64,000 nucleotides of DNA from a bacterium (GTDB lineage Bacteria; Patescibacteriota; Microgenomatia; Daviesbacterales; UBA10151). Of this stretch, positions 10,088 through 18,504 are shown piece after piece. The DNA is taken from contig JAJYNW010000005.1 of the NCBI GenBank assembly GCA_021786105.1, positions 1 to 64,000 of the forward strand. The letters are read 5' to 3'. The position numbers and the translations under genes were made by a program. Numbering within the stretch: position 1 is the first letter of the stretch; each line of letters starts with the position of its first letter. The notes under the pieces are model-generated. The model ran no database searches. It had not been told where the DNA came from and worked only from the letters and a program-made list of their open reading frames with translations.

Positions 10088-13023
10088 AATAGGATACTAG
10101 CCCCTAAGGATGTAGCTATAAGTAAAAGTGGCGGTAAAGTTAGAAACCAGGGTAGAGAGAACGACGAAGCTTTTTGATAGTTTTTATTATTCGGAGAAAA
10201 TGGGGCAATTGAAGGAAATTCCTTAGCTGCTGTGGTTTGTAATCCTAATACTTGGTCAATCTCGGAAGCATCTTTAGGTGCTATTATTGCGGAGATTGTT
10301 GCCAATGAGGTTAGTGTTAGGGGTATTTGAGAGGTTATATCAGAATCATTGCTTGTATTATTGGAGGATGAGGATGCTACTGGAGTGGGTGTGGAAGTTG
10401 GGGTTGTTGTTGGGGTGGGGGTAGGAGAAACGATAGTGATAGTTATGGTTTGGGGATATTCCTGGTTCCCCAATAAATCACTGGAGAAAAATTGGATAGT
10501 GGTTGTCCCGGCAGCAGTAATATGAATAGGCTCGGTGTATGTTTGAACAGTTTGGCCGTTATCGAGACTATATTGTGTTGCGGAAACTCCTGAACCGCTA
10601 TCTGAAGAAGTAAGTGTAATAGTGACTTCGCCTGTATAAATATTAGAACTAGATTCTGTTCCGGAAATAGAATATGTAGTGGCAGGAGGAGTTAAGTCAG
10701 TTGCCGATGAACCGGATACTTCGCTAGTAGGAGGAATAGTTTCTGAACCATTGTTCAAAGGCAGGGATGTGTCAGAAGAAGGATCTAATGCCAAATCGAC
10801 AGTAGAGGTATTGTTTACGGGAACATTTTGATAGGTGGTTGTTTTGGTGATTTGATCACTTCTATAAGTGCGTTTTTTAATGTTAGTAGAAGTGCTTCTT
10901 GATGATTTAACTTTTACGGTAACTGCTCGGGAACTCTTTTTAATGAAAAAGTGTTTGCTGGTTCCTAATGTGTCGAAAAAAGTCCCTGGAATATTTGTTT
11001 CGACGTTGCCATTTGAGTCCATCCCTGTATGATTTCCATCGCTATCGTAAATATCTAAATCTGCATCCTGGTCAACTGAGATCTGCTCTCCCTCCAAAAC
11101 AATTTTCTCATCTTTGACTTCTATTGGGATGGAATCTCCTTCGGATAGTATAGCAGCTACAGTTTGCATAGCTGGCCCTGTTTTGGATACAAGATCCGAG
11201 TGATTTTGTTCCACATAGTAGAGTCTAGAGTTTCCTGAGTAATCAAGAATATCGCTTTTAAGTGAGGCACTATATGTAGGGACTGTACCATCACCGTTAA
11301 TATAAATTTCTTCATATTTTGGAAAAGTTTGTATTGGCCAATTTATCCACCAGCTTTCACGGATTTGGCCGATTGTCGGTTGGCTTGTACCAACAATTAA
11401 GTAAATGTTAATGCCATGATTTTGATTTAACATAGAGTCAAGAGAATTATGGAATTGATCAGCAATATTGATCAGGGATGAATTGTGCAAATTTTCTAAC
11501 AATGTTTTAGTTTGTGAATATGATAGATCTCCAATCGTGCCATTATTATCGATATCACGGCTATCGCTGAAAGGATATGGATAATTAATGTCCGAGTTAT
11601 TGTAAAAATTAAAGTACATAGAGGAAGGCAGTAGTTCATATAACCCCGTCATATTTTGAGCGTTATCTTTAGTTTCGCTTGGTGGAATACCTAAATGAAA
11701 TAAATGGTAATCATAGCCAAGCCAAGATCCGTATTGTAAAGTTCTTAATGCATCAACTGATCCTAAGTGGGGAACGCCCAACTCAATTAATTTATTAATC
11801 TTACTAGCTCTTCCCGAATCAGAAATATAATTTCTGGCAACTAGCCCACCCATGGAATGAGCAACGATGTTGGCTTTAGGCATTCCTGATTTTGTCTTGG
11901 CCTCTTCAACCAGGTTATCCAAATCTGAGGTTGTAGTCCTAACATCCTTTCTCCAGTCATAAGGAAAAACAAAAAAATTTGTTCCCTTTGTATACCCATT
12001 TTCCTGAAAGAATGAATCAATATCCGCATAGCCAAAAGATGTCAGATCACCTGTCAAAGACAAAGGTGCTTCAGATGTTTGCCCATCAGATTGTAATCTT
12101 AAAACATCAAAATAATCATCAGTTCCAGGCATCGCTGCCTCAGCTTCATTAACCCAAACTTTTTCATTGTTTGTATATGCGTGAGAAAAAATTCCTCCGT
12201 GTCCGTCATCTTTTGACCAGATAATATCTTGGGAGGCTTTAAATTCGGATCCGCCTATGCCTGGAATAAAAATTACCGGAAATCTGGTGGATGGTGTTGG
12301 GGTAGGTGTTGGTTCTGGGGTAGTATTAGATAGGACAAAATAGAGATCATCTTGAGACGTGGTCCAGACATTACAGCCTGAGGAAGGGGTGGGGTTGGTG
12401 TCTCCCCAGATATAGCTGGAGACATTACAAGTACCTGAATTATGGGAATAATCCCAGGGGTTACCGTTGGCATACCTTAAACCTCCGCCAGTAAATTTAT
12501 CCGTACCGCCATTTCTTCCTGGCCCATAGGCTGAAGCTGCAAATTTGATATTTTTCCCGCCGTATTGAGGCATGTTGGCGTTGCTGATTCTGATGATATA
12601 TCTGTGGCCGGAGATGAAATTATAGTTGTTGCAGGAGAAATCAATAATTACATCCTCATATCCGCTGGGAACATTCGAGGTTGAGAAACTAAGACCTCTG
12701 AGGCGGTCACTTGAACTGGCTCCGGAGGGAACACATCCAGTAATATAGGAGCTGCCGTTATCCTTATCATAGATTCTAGTGTTTTGGGCAGTGTAATCAA
12801 ACTGATTTGAGTTGCTGGCGGCGGTACTGACGCGAAAAGTAAAGGATGAAACTGTTCCGGATAGACTATTTCCTAGCTCTTGGATGACTTGCCAGTCACT
12901 AAGTTCATCGGAATAAACTTGGTTTTGGGAAGCAATATTTAAAGACATTACTTTTTGAGGACTTAAAAAGATACTCAAAAATAAAACCAATCCTAAAACT
13001 GTTACATAGGGTAGAAGTTTCAC
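10039..13023 (-). CDS. Large exported alpha/beta-hydrolase (LCAT/PGAP1-like lipase or acyltransferase) with C-terminal membrane anchor
   Basis: Signal peptide, PVIFIPGIGGS, FPYDWR, AHSMGG nucleophile, GDGTVP, HSDL; OmpL47-like repeat (DSGSGV...YSLD...D.LGN.E); Pro/Thr linkers; C-terminal TM. Confidence 0.85.
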   Translation of the reverse strand: MKLLPYVTVLGLVLFLSIFLSPQKVMSLNIASQNQVYSDELSDWQVIQELGNSLSGTVSSFTFRVSTAASNSNQFDYTAQNTRIYDKDNGSSYITGCVPSGASSSDRLRGLSFSTSNVPSGYEDVIIDFSCNNYNFISGHRYIIRISNANMPQYGGKNIKFAASAYGPGRNGGTDKFTGGGLRYANGNPWDYSHNSGTCNVSSYIWGDTNPTPSSGCNVWTTSQDDLYFVLSNTTPEPTPTPTPSTRFPVIFIPGIGGSEFKASQDIIWSKDDGHGGIFSHAYTNNEKVWVNEAEAAMPGTDDYFDVLRLQSDGQTSEAPLSLTGDLTSFGYADIDSFFQENGYTKGTNFFVFPYDWRKDVRTTTSDLDNLVEEAKTKSGMPKANIVAHSMGGLVARNYISDSGRASKINKLIELGVPHLGSVDALRTLQYGSWLGYDYHLFHLGIPPSETKDNAQNMTGLYELLPSSMYFNFYNNSDINYPYPFSDSRDIDNNGTIGDLSYSQTKTLLENLHNSSLINIADQFHNSLDSMLNQNHGINIYLIVGTSQPTIGQIRESWWINWPIQTFPKYEEIYINGDGTVPTYSASLKSDILDYSGNSRLYYVEQNHSDLVSKTGPAMQTVAAILSEGDSIPIEVKDEKIVLEGEQISVDQDADLDIYDSDGNHTGMDSNGNVETNIPGTFFDTLGTSKHFFIKKSSRAVTVKVKSSRSTSTNIKKRTYRSDQITKTTTYQNVPVNNTSTVDLALDPSSDTSLPLNNGSETIPPTSEVSGSSATDLTPPATTYSISGTESSSNIYTGEVTITLTSSDSGSGVSATQYSLDNGQTVQTYTEPIHITAAGTTTIQFFSSDLLGNQEYPQTITITIVSPTPTPTTTPTSTPTPVASSSSNNTSNDSDITSQIPLTLTSLATISAIIAPKDASEIDQVLGLQTTAAKEFPSIAPFSPNNKNYQKASSFSLPWFLTLPPLLLIATSLGASILFHFLKEGRLKNNPEKK

Positions 13024-13082
13024 AGCAAGTTAGACTTATAAATTCTATTTTCTTATCTTGTTATGGTGTTTGCAATGATGGC

Positions 13083-13250
13083 TTAGAGGTTGTTGCCGAG
13101 TTTGTATCCAAGGTAGATCCCGATGATGGATCCGATTCCGCTGGTAATAATGGAGATAGATGAAAGCATAGAGGCTCCAAAGAGGGTGGGGATATAACCT
13201 CCAATGACAGACCCGATAGTCATCCCTAAAAAGATAAATGTTTTAGTCAT
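13083..13250 (-). CDS. 55-aa Gly-rich small membrane protein (below the ORF-track cutoff)
   Basis: Translated by hand: MTKTFIFLGMTIGSVIGGYIPTLFGASMLSSISIITSGIGSIIGIYLGYKLGNNL; TGtTACAAT -10 box 7 nt upstream. Confidence 0.7.
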   Translation of the reverse strand: MTKTFIFLGMTIGSVIGGYIPTLFGASMLSSISIITSGIGSIIGIYLGYKLGNNL

Positions 13251-13274
13251 TAAAATAATTGTAACAGACTAAGG

Positions 13275-13670
13275 TTATTCAGGATTCTTGTCTATTCCTG
13301 TTTTTCTCCAATAGAATGCCCAACCTATATATTCAACGTCCCGTCTTGGCCTTCCTAAATGCTCACTTAATTCACTGACTACTGCGAGTACTTCTTCTGT
13401 ATTTGCGCCTGCTGCTCTTAAAAAATAAGCGCCATCCCCCGGAAATAAACTTTCCCAGGTAATTCTGATGGGCATGTCTTTGCTTCCCAAAGTCACCACC
13501 TGATCCTCATCTGATTTTCCATTTTCAAACACGATATCGTCGATCTCAGTGTCCTCGATTTTTCTAAGGCCTCTGATTCTTTCAAGAAGGGATAAGCCAG
13601 AAGATGGAGTTGTAGTTTGAGGTGTGGTTACTGCGGTTTCTACCCGGTCTCTTTCCTGGACACTTGCCAT
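13275..13670 (-). CDS. Hypothetical protein
   Basis: Open frame filling the gap; ATG at 13670 follows TGcTATCCT; no recognisable motif. Confidence 0.55.
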   Translation of the reverse strand: MASVQERDRVETAVTTPQTTTPSSGLSLLERIRGLRKIEDTEIDDIVFENGKSDEDQVVTLGSKDMPIRITWESLFPGDGAYFLRAAGANTEEVLAVVSELSEHLGRPRRDVEYIGWAFYWRKTGIDKNPE

Positions 13671-13716
13671 ATTAAAAGGAGGATAGCAAACGCAATTTGG
13701 AAACACAAGAGGTACC

Positions 13717-13745
13717 TTGCCAAGTAATTTTCAGAGTGGTATAAA
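13717..13745 (+). promoter_or_regulatory. Sigma70-type promoter of the cyclophilin gene
   Basis: TTGCCA-17 nt-TATAAA with extended TG. Confidence 0.6.
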
Positions 13746-13845
13746 GCAATCGTCATTGATTTTGCAAAATTAAGGAGACGATTACTGTGTAACTATCGTG
13801 CACCCTGATTGCAAAATTGTGCACAATAGTTATAAACTTCGGAGC

Positions 13846-14553
13846 ATGGGGCAGAAGCATGTAATCGCACTTTTTATTATTCTTGCCCTTTTCGGTATTG
13901 GAACCACCGGTTTTGCTGCTTTAAAAGACAAGTTTAGTTCTGTGGCCGAACCTGTTTCTCCAACGCCTACTCCCGATAATCTTATGTTTAACAATAACCA
14001 ATCACAGCAAACAGGAAATGAAGAGAATATCCAAAATAATCCTGCTGCACAACCTAAAAAGCAAGTTAAGCAATATCCCGCATTTCCCGGGCCGCTTCCT
14101 GAAAATGAGATAACAAACAAAAAAGCAGTCATTCAAACTGATAAAGGTAATATTGAATTTGAAATTTATCCTGAGGCCACCAAAGCTGCCTCCAACTTTA
14201 TCTTTCTGGCCAAAGACGGTTTTTATGATGGGTTAACTTTTCACCGGGTTGTGCCGGGATTTGTAATCCAGGGCGGGGATCCTTTAGGAAACGGTACCGG
14301 GGGACCGGGCTATAAATTTGAAGATGAACCGGTTACTAAAAAATACGATAAAGGGATAGTGGCAATGGCCAATGCCGGGCCGAATACTAACGGTTCCCAA
14401 TTCTTTATTATGCTTGCTGATAACCCGACTCTCCCCCCCAAATACACAATTTTCGGGAAGGTTCTCTCTGGTCAGGATGTGGTGGACCAGATCGCTGTTG
14501 GGGATGTGATGCGGAAGGTTACAATTACTGACTTTGTTACAGCCGGACCATAA
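13846..14553 (+). CDS. Cyclophilin-type peptidyl-prolyl isomerase with N-terminal anchor
   Basis: FHRVVPGFVIQGGDP, AMANAGPNTNGSQFFI; start moved to MGQKH. Confidence 0.93.
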   Translation: MGQKHVIALFIILALFGIGTTGFAALKDKFSSVAEPVSPTPTPDNLMFNNNQSQQTGNEENIQNNPAAQPKKQVKQYPAFPGPLPENEITNKKAVIQTDKGNIEFEIYPEATKAASNFIFLAKDGFYDGLTFHRVVPGFVIQGGDPLGNGTGGPGYKFEDEPVTKKYDKGIVAMANAGPNTNGSQFFIMLADNPTLPPKYTIFGKVLSGQDVVDQIAVGDVMRKVTITDFVTAGP

Positions 14554-14555
14554 TT

Positions 14556-14648
14556 ACCCAACATATTGTGTATTGACAGAGATACAATACCATATGCTAA
14601 GTTATATATATTGGTAAGGTTAAAAAGGAGTTCCCCAACAGGTTGTGT
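14556..14648 (+). promoter_or_regulatory. Two NrdR boxes flanking the nrdR-nrdJ promoter
   Basis: ACCCAACATATTGTGT (14556-14571) and CCCCAACAGGTTGTGT (14633-14648) resemble the acaCwAtATaTwGtgt consensus; TTGACA at 14573. Confidence 0.75.
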
Positions 14649-14656
14649 AGTAAGAG

Positions 14657-15103
14657 ATGAAATGCCCGTTTTGTGAAAGCTCTATTAGTCGGGTAGTTGA
14701 TAAAAGGGCTGTTGATAGCTTGGGGGAGATTCGCCGCCGTAGACAGTGTTTAAAATGTTCGGGGCGGTTTACAACTTATGAGAGGTTGGCGAATTTGGAA
14801 CTGCTGGTTGTTAAAAAGGACGGGCACAAAGAAGCGTTTAACCGGGAGAAATTAAAGTCAGGGATTGTTAAAGCTTTAGAAAAAAGGCCGGGGATAGAGA
14901 AAGCAGATAATTTGGTAGGCAAGATTGAGAAAAGGTTCCGCCGAAAAGGAAGGAAAGAAGTGACTTCCAAAGCGATTGGACAGATGGTTTTGACGGAGTT
15001 AAAGAAACTGGATACTGTGGCATATTTGCGGTTTGCCAGTGTTTACCGGAGATTTGACGATCCGGAAGATTTTACCAAAGAGCTCAGCTCTTTAAGCAAT
15101 TAA
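14657..15103 (+). CDS. nrdR: Transcriptional repressor NrdR
   Basis: MKCPFC, RRRRQC..C..RFTTYE, ATP-cone, VAYLRFASVY. Confidence 0.97.
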   Translation: MKCPFCESSISRVVDKRAVDSLGEIRRRRQCLKCSGRFTTYERLANLELLVVKKDGHKEAFNREKLKSGIVKALEKRPGIEKADNLVGKIEKRFRRKGRKEVTSKAIGQMVLTELKKLDTVAYLRFASVYRRFDDPEDFTKELSSLSN

Positions 15104-15106
15104 AAA

Positions 15107-17830
15107 ATGAAAACATCTACAAAAAAGACAAAAAGTATTAATTTCCAAGTTTCAGGTGTTACCTCAAGATCTGGGAAAACTTTAACTAATGGACATGCTA
15201 AAGGTATAGTCCTTTATAGCCGGGAACAAGCTTGGGAAGAGGGGAAAAATGTTCCTCCGGTTCCGGAAGATGTTATTGAACCTCAGCTTTCTGAAACCGC
15301 TTTATATATCGGTAAGACAAGATATGCCAAAAGGAATGATCTGAGTGAGCCGATTGAATCTGCCAAAGAGATGTTTTGGCGGGTAGCCTACAATATTGCT
15401 TGCGCTGACTTACAATTTGATCCGGACAAAAAACACCAACTTGAGCAGGCAAAAGAGTTTTATCAGGCAATGGCTTCCCAAAAATTTATTCCCAATACCC
15501 CAACAATGCTCAATGCCGGAAAACCGATGCAGCAACTTTCCGCCTGCTTTGTTTTGCCTGTTGAAGACAATATGAGATCTATTGCCCAGACTTTAGTGGA
15601 CATGGTGATGATCCATAAATCCGGTGGAGGAACAGGATTTTCATTTTCCAGACTAAGGCCTTATGGTGACACGATAGCTTCTTCGGGAGGGACTACTGTT
15701 GGCCCAACATCTTTCCTGCAGGCATATAACGATGTCACCTCCCAAGTGAAACAAGGAGGGGTGAGGCGGGGAGCTAATATGGGAATTCTGCATATCACCC
15801 ATCCGGATATCCTGCGTTTTGCGGTGATGAAGGTGGATGAGTTTTCCGTGACCAACTTTAATATTTCCGTTACCGTAACTGAAGATTGGATGGAGCAGGT
15901 TAAAAAAGACAGTAAGTTTGTAACAGAAGAACCTGATTGGGAGGAGATTATCGGAGAGATTAAGGAGGCCCAAGCGATCCGTGATGTGGATTTGAAGCTG
16001 AAAAAAGTGGAAGACGGAGTGATGAAGCTCTATGACCTGGTTCGGGCAAAAGAAGAAGATGAAGGTTATGAATTAATCAACCCGAGAAATGGGGAAGTAA
16101 CGGATCGCTTAAACGCCAGGAAAGTTTTCCTTCTGATTACCCAACTTGCCTGGCATTATGGTGACCCGGGGATGATTATCATTGACAGGATTAACAAGTC
16201 CAATGCTAACCCCACACCGGGTTTGGGGACTATCGAAGCCACTAACCCTTGCGGTGAGCAGCCGTTGCTCCCATATGATGCTTGTACGTTAGGGGCAGTA
16301 AACGTGGGGAAATTTGTCAAAGATAAGGAAGTTGATTGGGAAAACCTGGCAACTACAGTGAAGATGGCAGTGCACTTTTTGGACAATGTTTTGGATATGA
16401 ACAATTATCCTATCCAGGCGGTTAACGACATGACCAGAAACATCCGCCGGATTGGCTTGGGAATGATGGGATTTGCAGATATGCTGGTCCAGCTTGAGGT
16501 AGGTTACAACACTGAAGAAGGGTTGAAGGTGGCTGAGGAAGTGATGGACTTTATTAACAAAAACGCCAGAGAAGCAAGCATTGAGCTGGCTAAGATTCGT
16601 GGTACTTTCCTGGCTTGGCCGGGATCAATTTATGACTCCAAGAGTCCCTATTTCCGTGGGGACAGTGTAAAACTTCGAAACGGAGCGATTACTACCATTG
16701 CTCCAACCGGGACAACTTCAATGTTGGCTGACGCGTCTTCCGGGATTGAACCTTACTTTGGGCTCTCATATGCCAAAAATACTATCGAGGGGAAGAGATT
16801 GTTTACTACTAATCCATTTTTCCTCAAAGTGGCTCAGGAGGAAGGATTCTATTCTGAAGAACTGTTAGCCAAGATTGAGGCCAACCATGGTTCTGTCCAG
16901 GGGCTTCCGGAAGTGCCCGAAAAGTGGCAGCGGGTCTTTGCTGTAGCCCACGATATTACCCCGGAGTGGCATGTTAAGGTCCAGGCAGCTTTCCAAAAAC
17001 ATGTCGATAATGCAATCTCTAAAACTATTAACTTTGCTCATGGGGCAACGGTGGAGGATGTCCGGCAGGCCTATATGATGTCTTATGAAACAGGCTGTAA
17101 GGGAATTACCATTTACCGTGATGGGTCCCGGGAAAAGCAGATTCTGGAGACTAAAAAAGAATCCTCCTACTTTGATAAATTAAGCGGCAAAGATTCCGTG
17201 AAACAACAGGTCTCAATTTCTGAGGATGAGGTTCAGGGTGTGGAGGCTGTTACTTCCGATACGCTTTCCGGCAGACCGGCAATCTTGCGCGGAAGGACCT
17301 ACAAGATTAACACTCCGGTGGGCGAGGCTTTTGTGACGATTAACCGCGATACCAAGGATCAGCTCTTTGAGGTTTTTGTAACCATCGGTAAAGCCGGTAT
17401 GCATACTTCAGCAGATGCTGAAGCATTGGGAAGAATGATTTCCTTAGCTTTGAGGATATCCAAACCCAACTCCCAGACGATTGCTAAAAAGGTTGTTTCC
17501 CAACTTAAAGGTATTGGTGGGTCTTCCCAGATAGGTTTTGGCAAGGAAAGGGTGATGAGCTTGGCTGATGCGATTGCTAAGGCTTTGGCAGAGGAATTGG
17601 CTCAGCTTGAGGCAGCAAAAACCGAGGAACCTTCCGGAGAAATGATCCCTTTAAATCTGTCGCTTTCCAGCGAATCCGGTGAAACCCACGGGCATGTTCA
17701 GGAAACCTTGCTTGAGGATTCGCAAGCTGCAACTAAATTTGCTGATTTCTGTCCGGAGTGCGGGCAGGCAACGTTTACTTTTATTGAAGGGTGTAAGAAG
17801 TGCCAGTCTTGCGGATATAGCATGTGCTAA
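15107..17830 (+). CDS. nrdJ: Adenosylcobalamin-dependent (class II) ribonucleotide reductase with C-terminal TSCPD-like domain and Zn ribbon
   Basis: PNTPT, LSACF, GGGTG, TNPCGEQ, TIAPTGT, KGITIYRDGSR; terminal CPEC...EGC..C..CGYS.C. Confidence 0.93.
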   Translation: MKTSTKKTKSINFQVSGVTSRSGKTLTNGHAKGIVLYSREQAWEEGKNVPPVPEDVIEPQLSETALYIGKTRYAKRNDLSEPIESAKEMFWRVAYNIACADLQFDPDKKHQLEQAKEFYQAMASQKFIPNTPTMLNAGKPMQQLSACFVLPVEDNMRSIAQTLVDMVMIHKSGGGTGFSFSRLRPYGDTIASSGGTTVGPTSFLQAYNDVTSQVKQGGVRRGANMGILHITHPDILRFAVMKVDEFSVTNFNISVTVTEDWMEQVKKDSKFVTEEPDWEEIIGEIKEAQAIRDVDLKLKKVEDGVMKLYDLVRAKEEDEGYELINPRNGEVTDRLNARKVFLLITQLAWHYGDPGMIIIDRINKSNANPTPGLGTIEATNPCGEQPLLPYDACTLGAVNVGKFVKDKEVDWENLATTVKMAVHFLDNVLDMNNYPIQAVNDMTRNIRRIGLGMMGFADMLVQLEVGYNTEEGLKVAEEVMDFINKNAREASIELAKIRGTFLAWPGSIYDSKSPYFRGDSVKLRNGAITTIAPTGTTSMLADASSGIEPYFGLSYAKNTIEGKRLFTTNPFFLKVAQEEGFYSEELLAKIEANHGSVQGLPEVPEKWQRVFAVAHDITPEWHVKVQAAFQKHVDNAISKTINFAHGATVEDVRQAYMMSYETGCKGITIYRDGSREKQILETKKESSYFDKLSGKDSVKQQVSISEDEVQGVEAVTSDTLSGRPAILRGRTYKINTPVGEAFVTINRDTKDQLFEVFVTIGKAGMHTSADAEALGRMISLALRISKPNSQTIAKKVVSQLKGIGGSSQIGFGKERVMSLADAIAKALAEELAQLEAAKTEEPSGEMIPLNLSLSSESGETHGHVQETLLEDSQAATKFADFCPECGQATFTFIEGCKKCQSCGYSMC

Positions 17831-18426
17831 AAACTACTACAGTTCCCTTTACGATTTCTCACAGAAAAGTTGTGCCCAAGACGGTAAAATTGAACTCGAA
17901 ACCTGAAGGTTTGGTCATTGTTTATACAGGTGAAGGGAAAGGAAAAACAACTGCAGCTTTGGGATTGGCGCTCCGGGCGGCAGGATATAAAAAAAGGGTA
18001 TTAATTGTTCAATTCGGCAAGGCTTGGTTTTCCGGCGAGGTGCAGGGGGTAAAGAAACTCAAACCTTTTATCAGGTTAGTACAGGGAGGTCGTGGGTTTG
18101 TCGGTATCTTAGGTGACAAGCTTCCCGAAAAGGAACACAAAATGGCTGCCCAAAAAACATACGAGCTATTATATAAGGAAGTAATTTCAGGCAAATGGGA
18201 TATAGTTATAGCTGATGAAATTGTCGGGGCAGTCAGCTCCCAGCTGTTACCCCTTTCCCAAGGTTTAAGGTTAATCAAAGATAAGCCAAAAAATGTTGAC
18301 CTGGTGCTGACAGGGCATCATGCTCCCGAACAAATTATTGCCAAAGCAGATTTGGTGACTGAAATGGTAGCTGTGAAGCACCCTTTTGAAAAAGGTATCT
18401 TGGCTAAAGAAAGTATCGATTATTGA
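17824..18426 (+). CDS. btuR: Cob(I)alamin/corrinoid adenosyltransferase (BtuR/CobO family)
   Basis: VYTGEGKGKTTAALG, VQF, DEI, VLTG, ADLVTEM..KHPF. Confidence 0.92.
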   Translation: MLKTTTVPFTISHRKVVPKTVKLNSKPEGLVIVYTGEGKGKTTAALGLALRAAGYKKRVLIVQFGKAWFSGEVQGVKKLKPFIRLVQGGRGFVGILGDKLPEKEHKMAAQKTYELLYKEVISGKWDIVIADEIVGAVSSQLLPLSQGLRLIKDKPKNVDLVLTGHHAPEQIIAKADLVTEMVAVKHPFEKGILAKESIDY

Positions 18427-18438
18427 GCAGTTGGGGGG

Positions 18439-18475
18439 TTGCCATAATTTAGCACTCGTGGTAGACTACTGCTAA
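18439..18475 (+). promoter_or_regulatory. lon promoter overlapped by a CIRCE-like (HrcA) operator
   Basis: TTAGCACTC-N9-TACTGCTAA (18449-18475; 16/18 to consensus) across TTGCCA-17-TAGACT. Confidence 0.7.
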
Positions 18476-18504
18476 GAGCTAATGAGAGAGGATCTAAACA
18501 ATTA

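Noticed and set aside
14587-14602. Possible third NrdR box 31 bp after the first
   Set aside because: Only 8/16 match to the first box; the spacing is suggestive but the sequence is too weak to call
15107-17830. Intein or intron in nrdJ
   Set aside because: Active-site motifs are contiguous; the insertion has no Cys/Ser start, His-Asn end or LAGLIDADG motif
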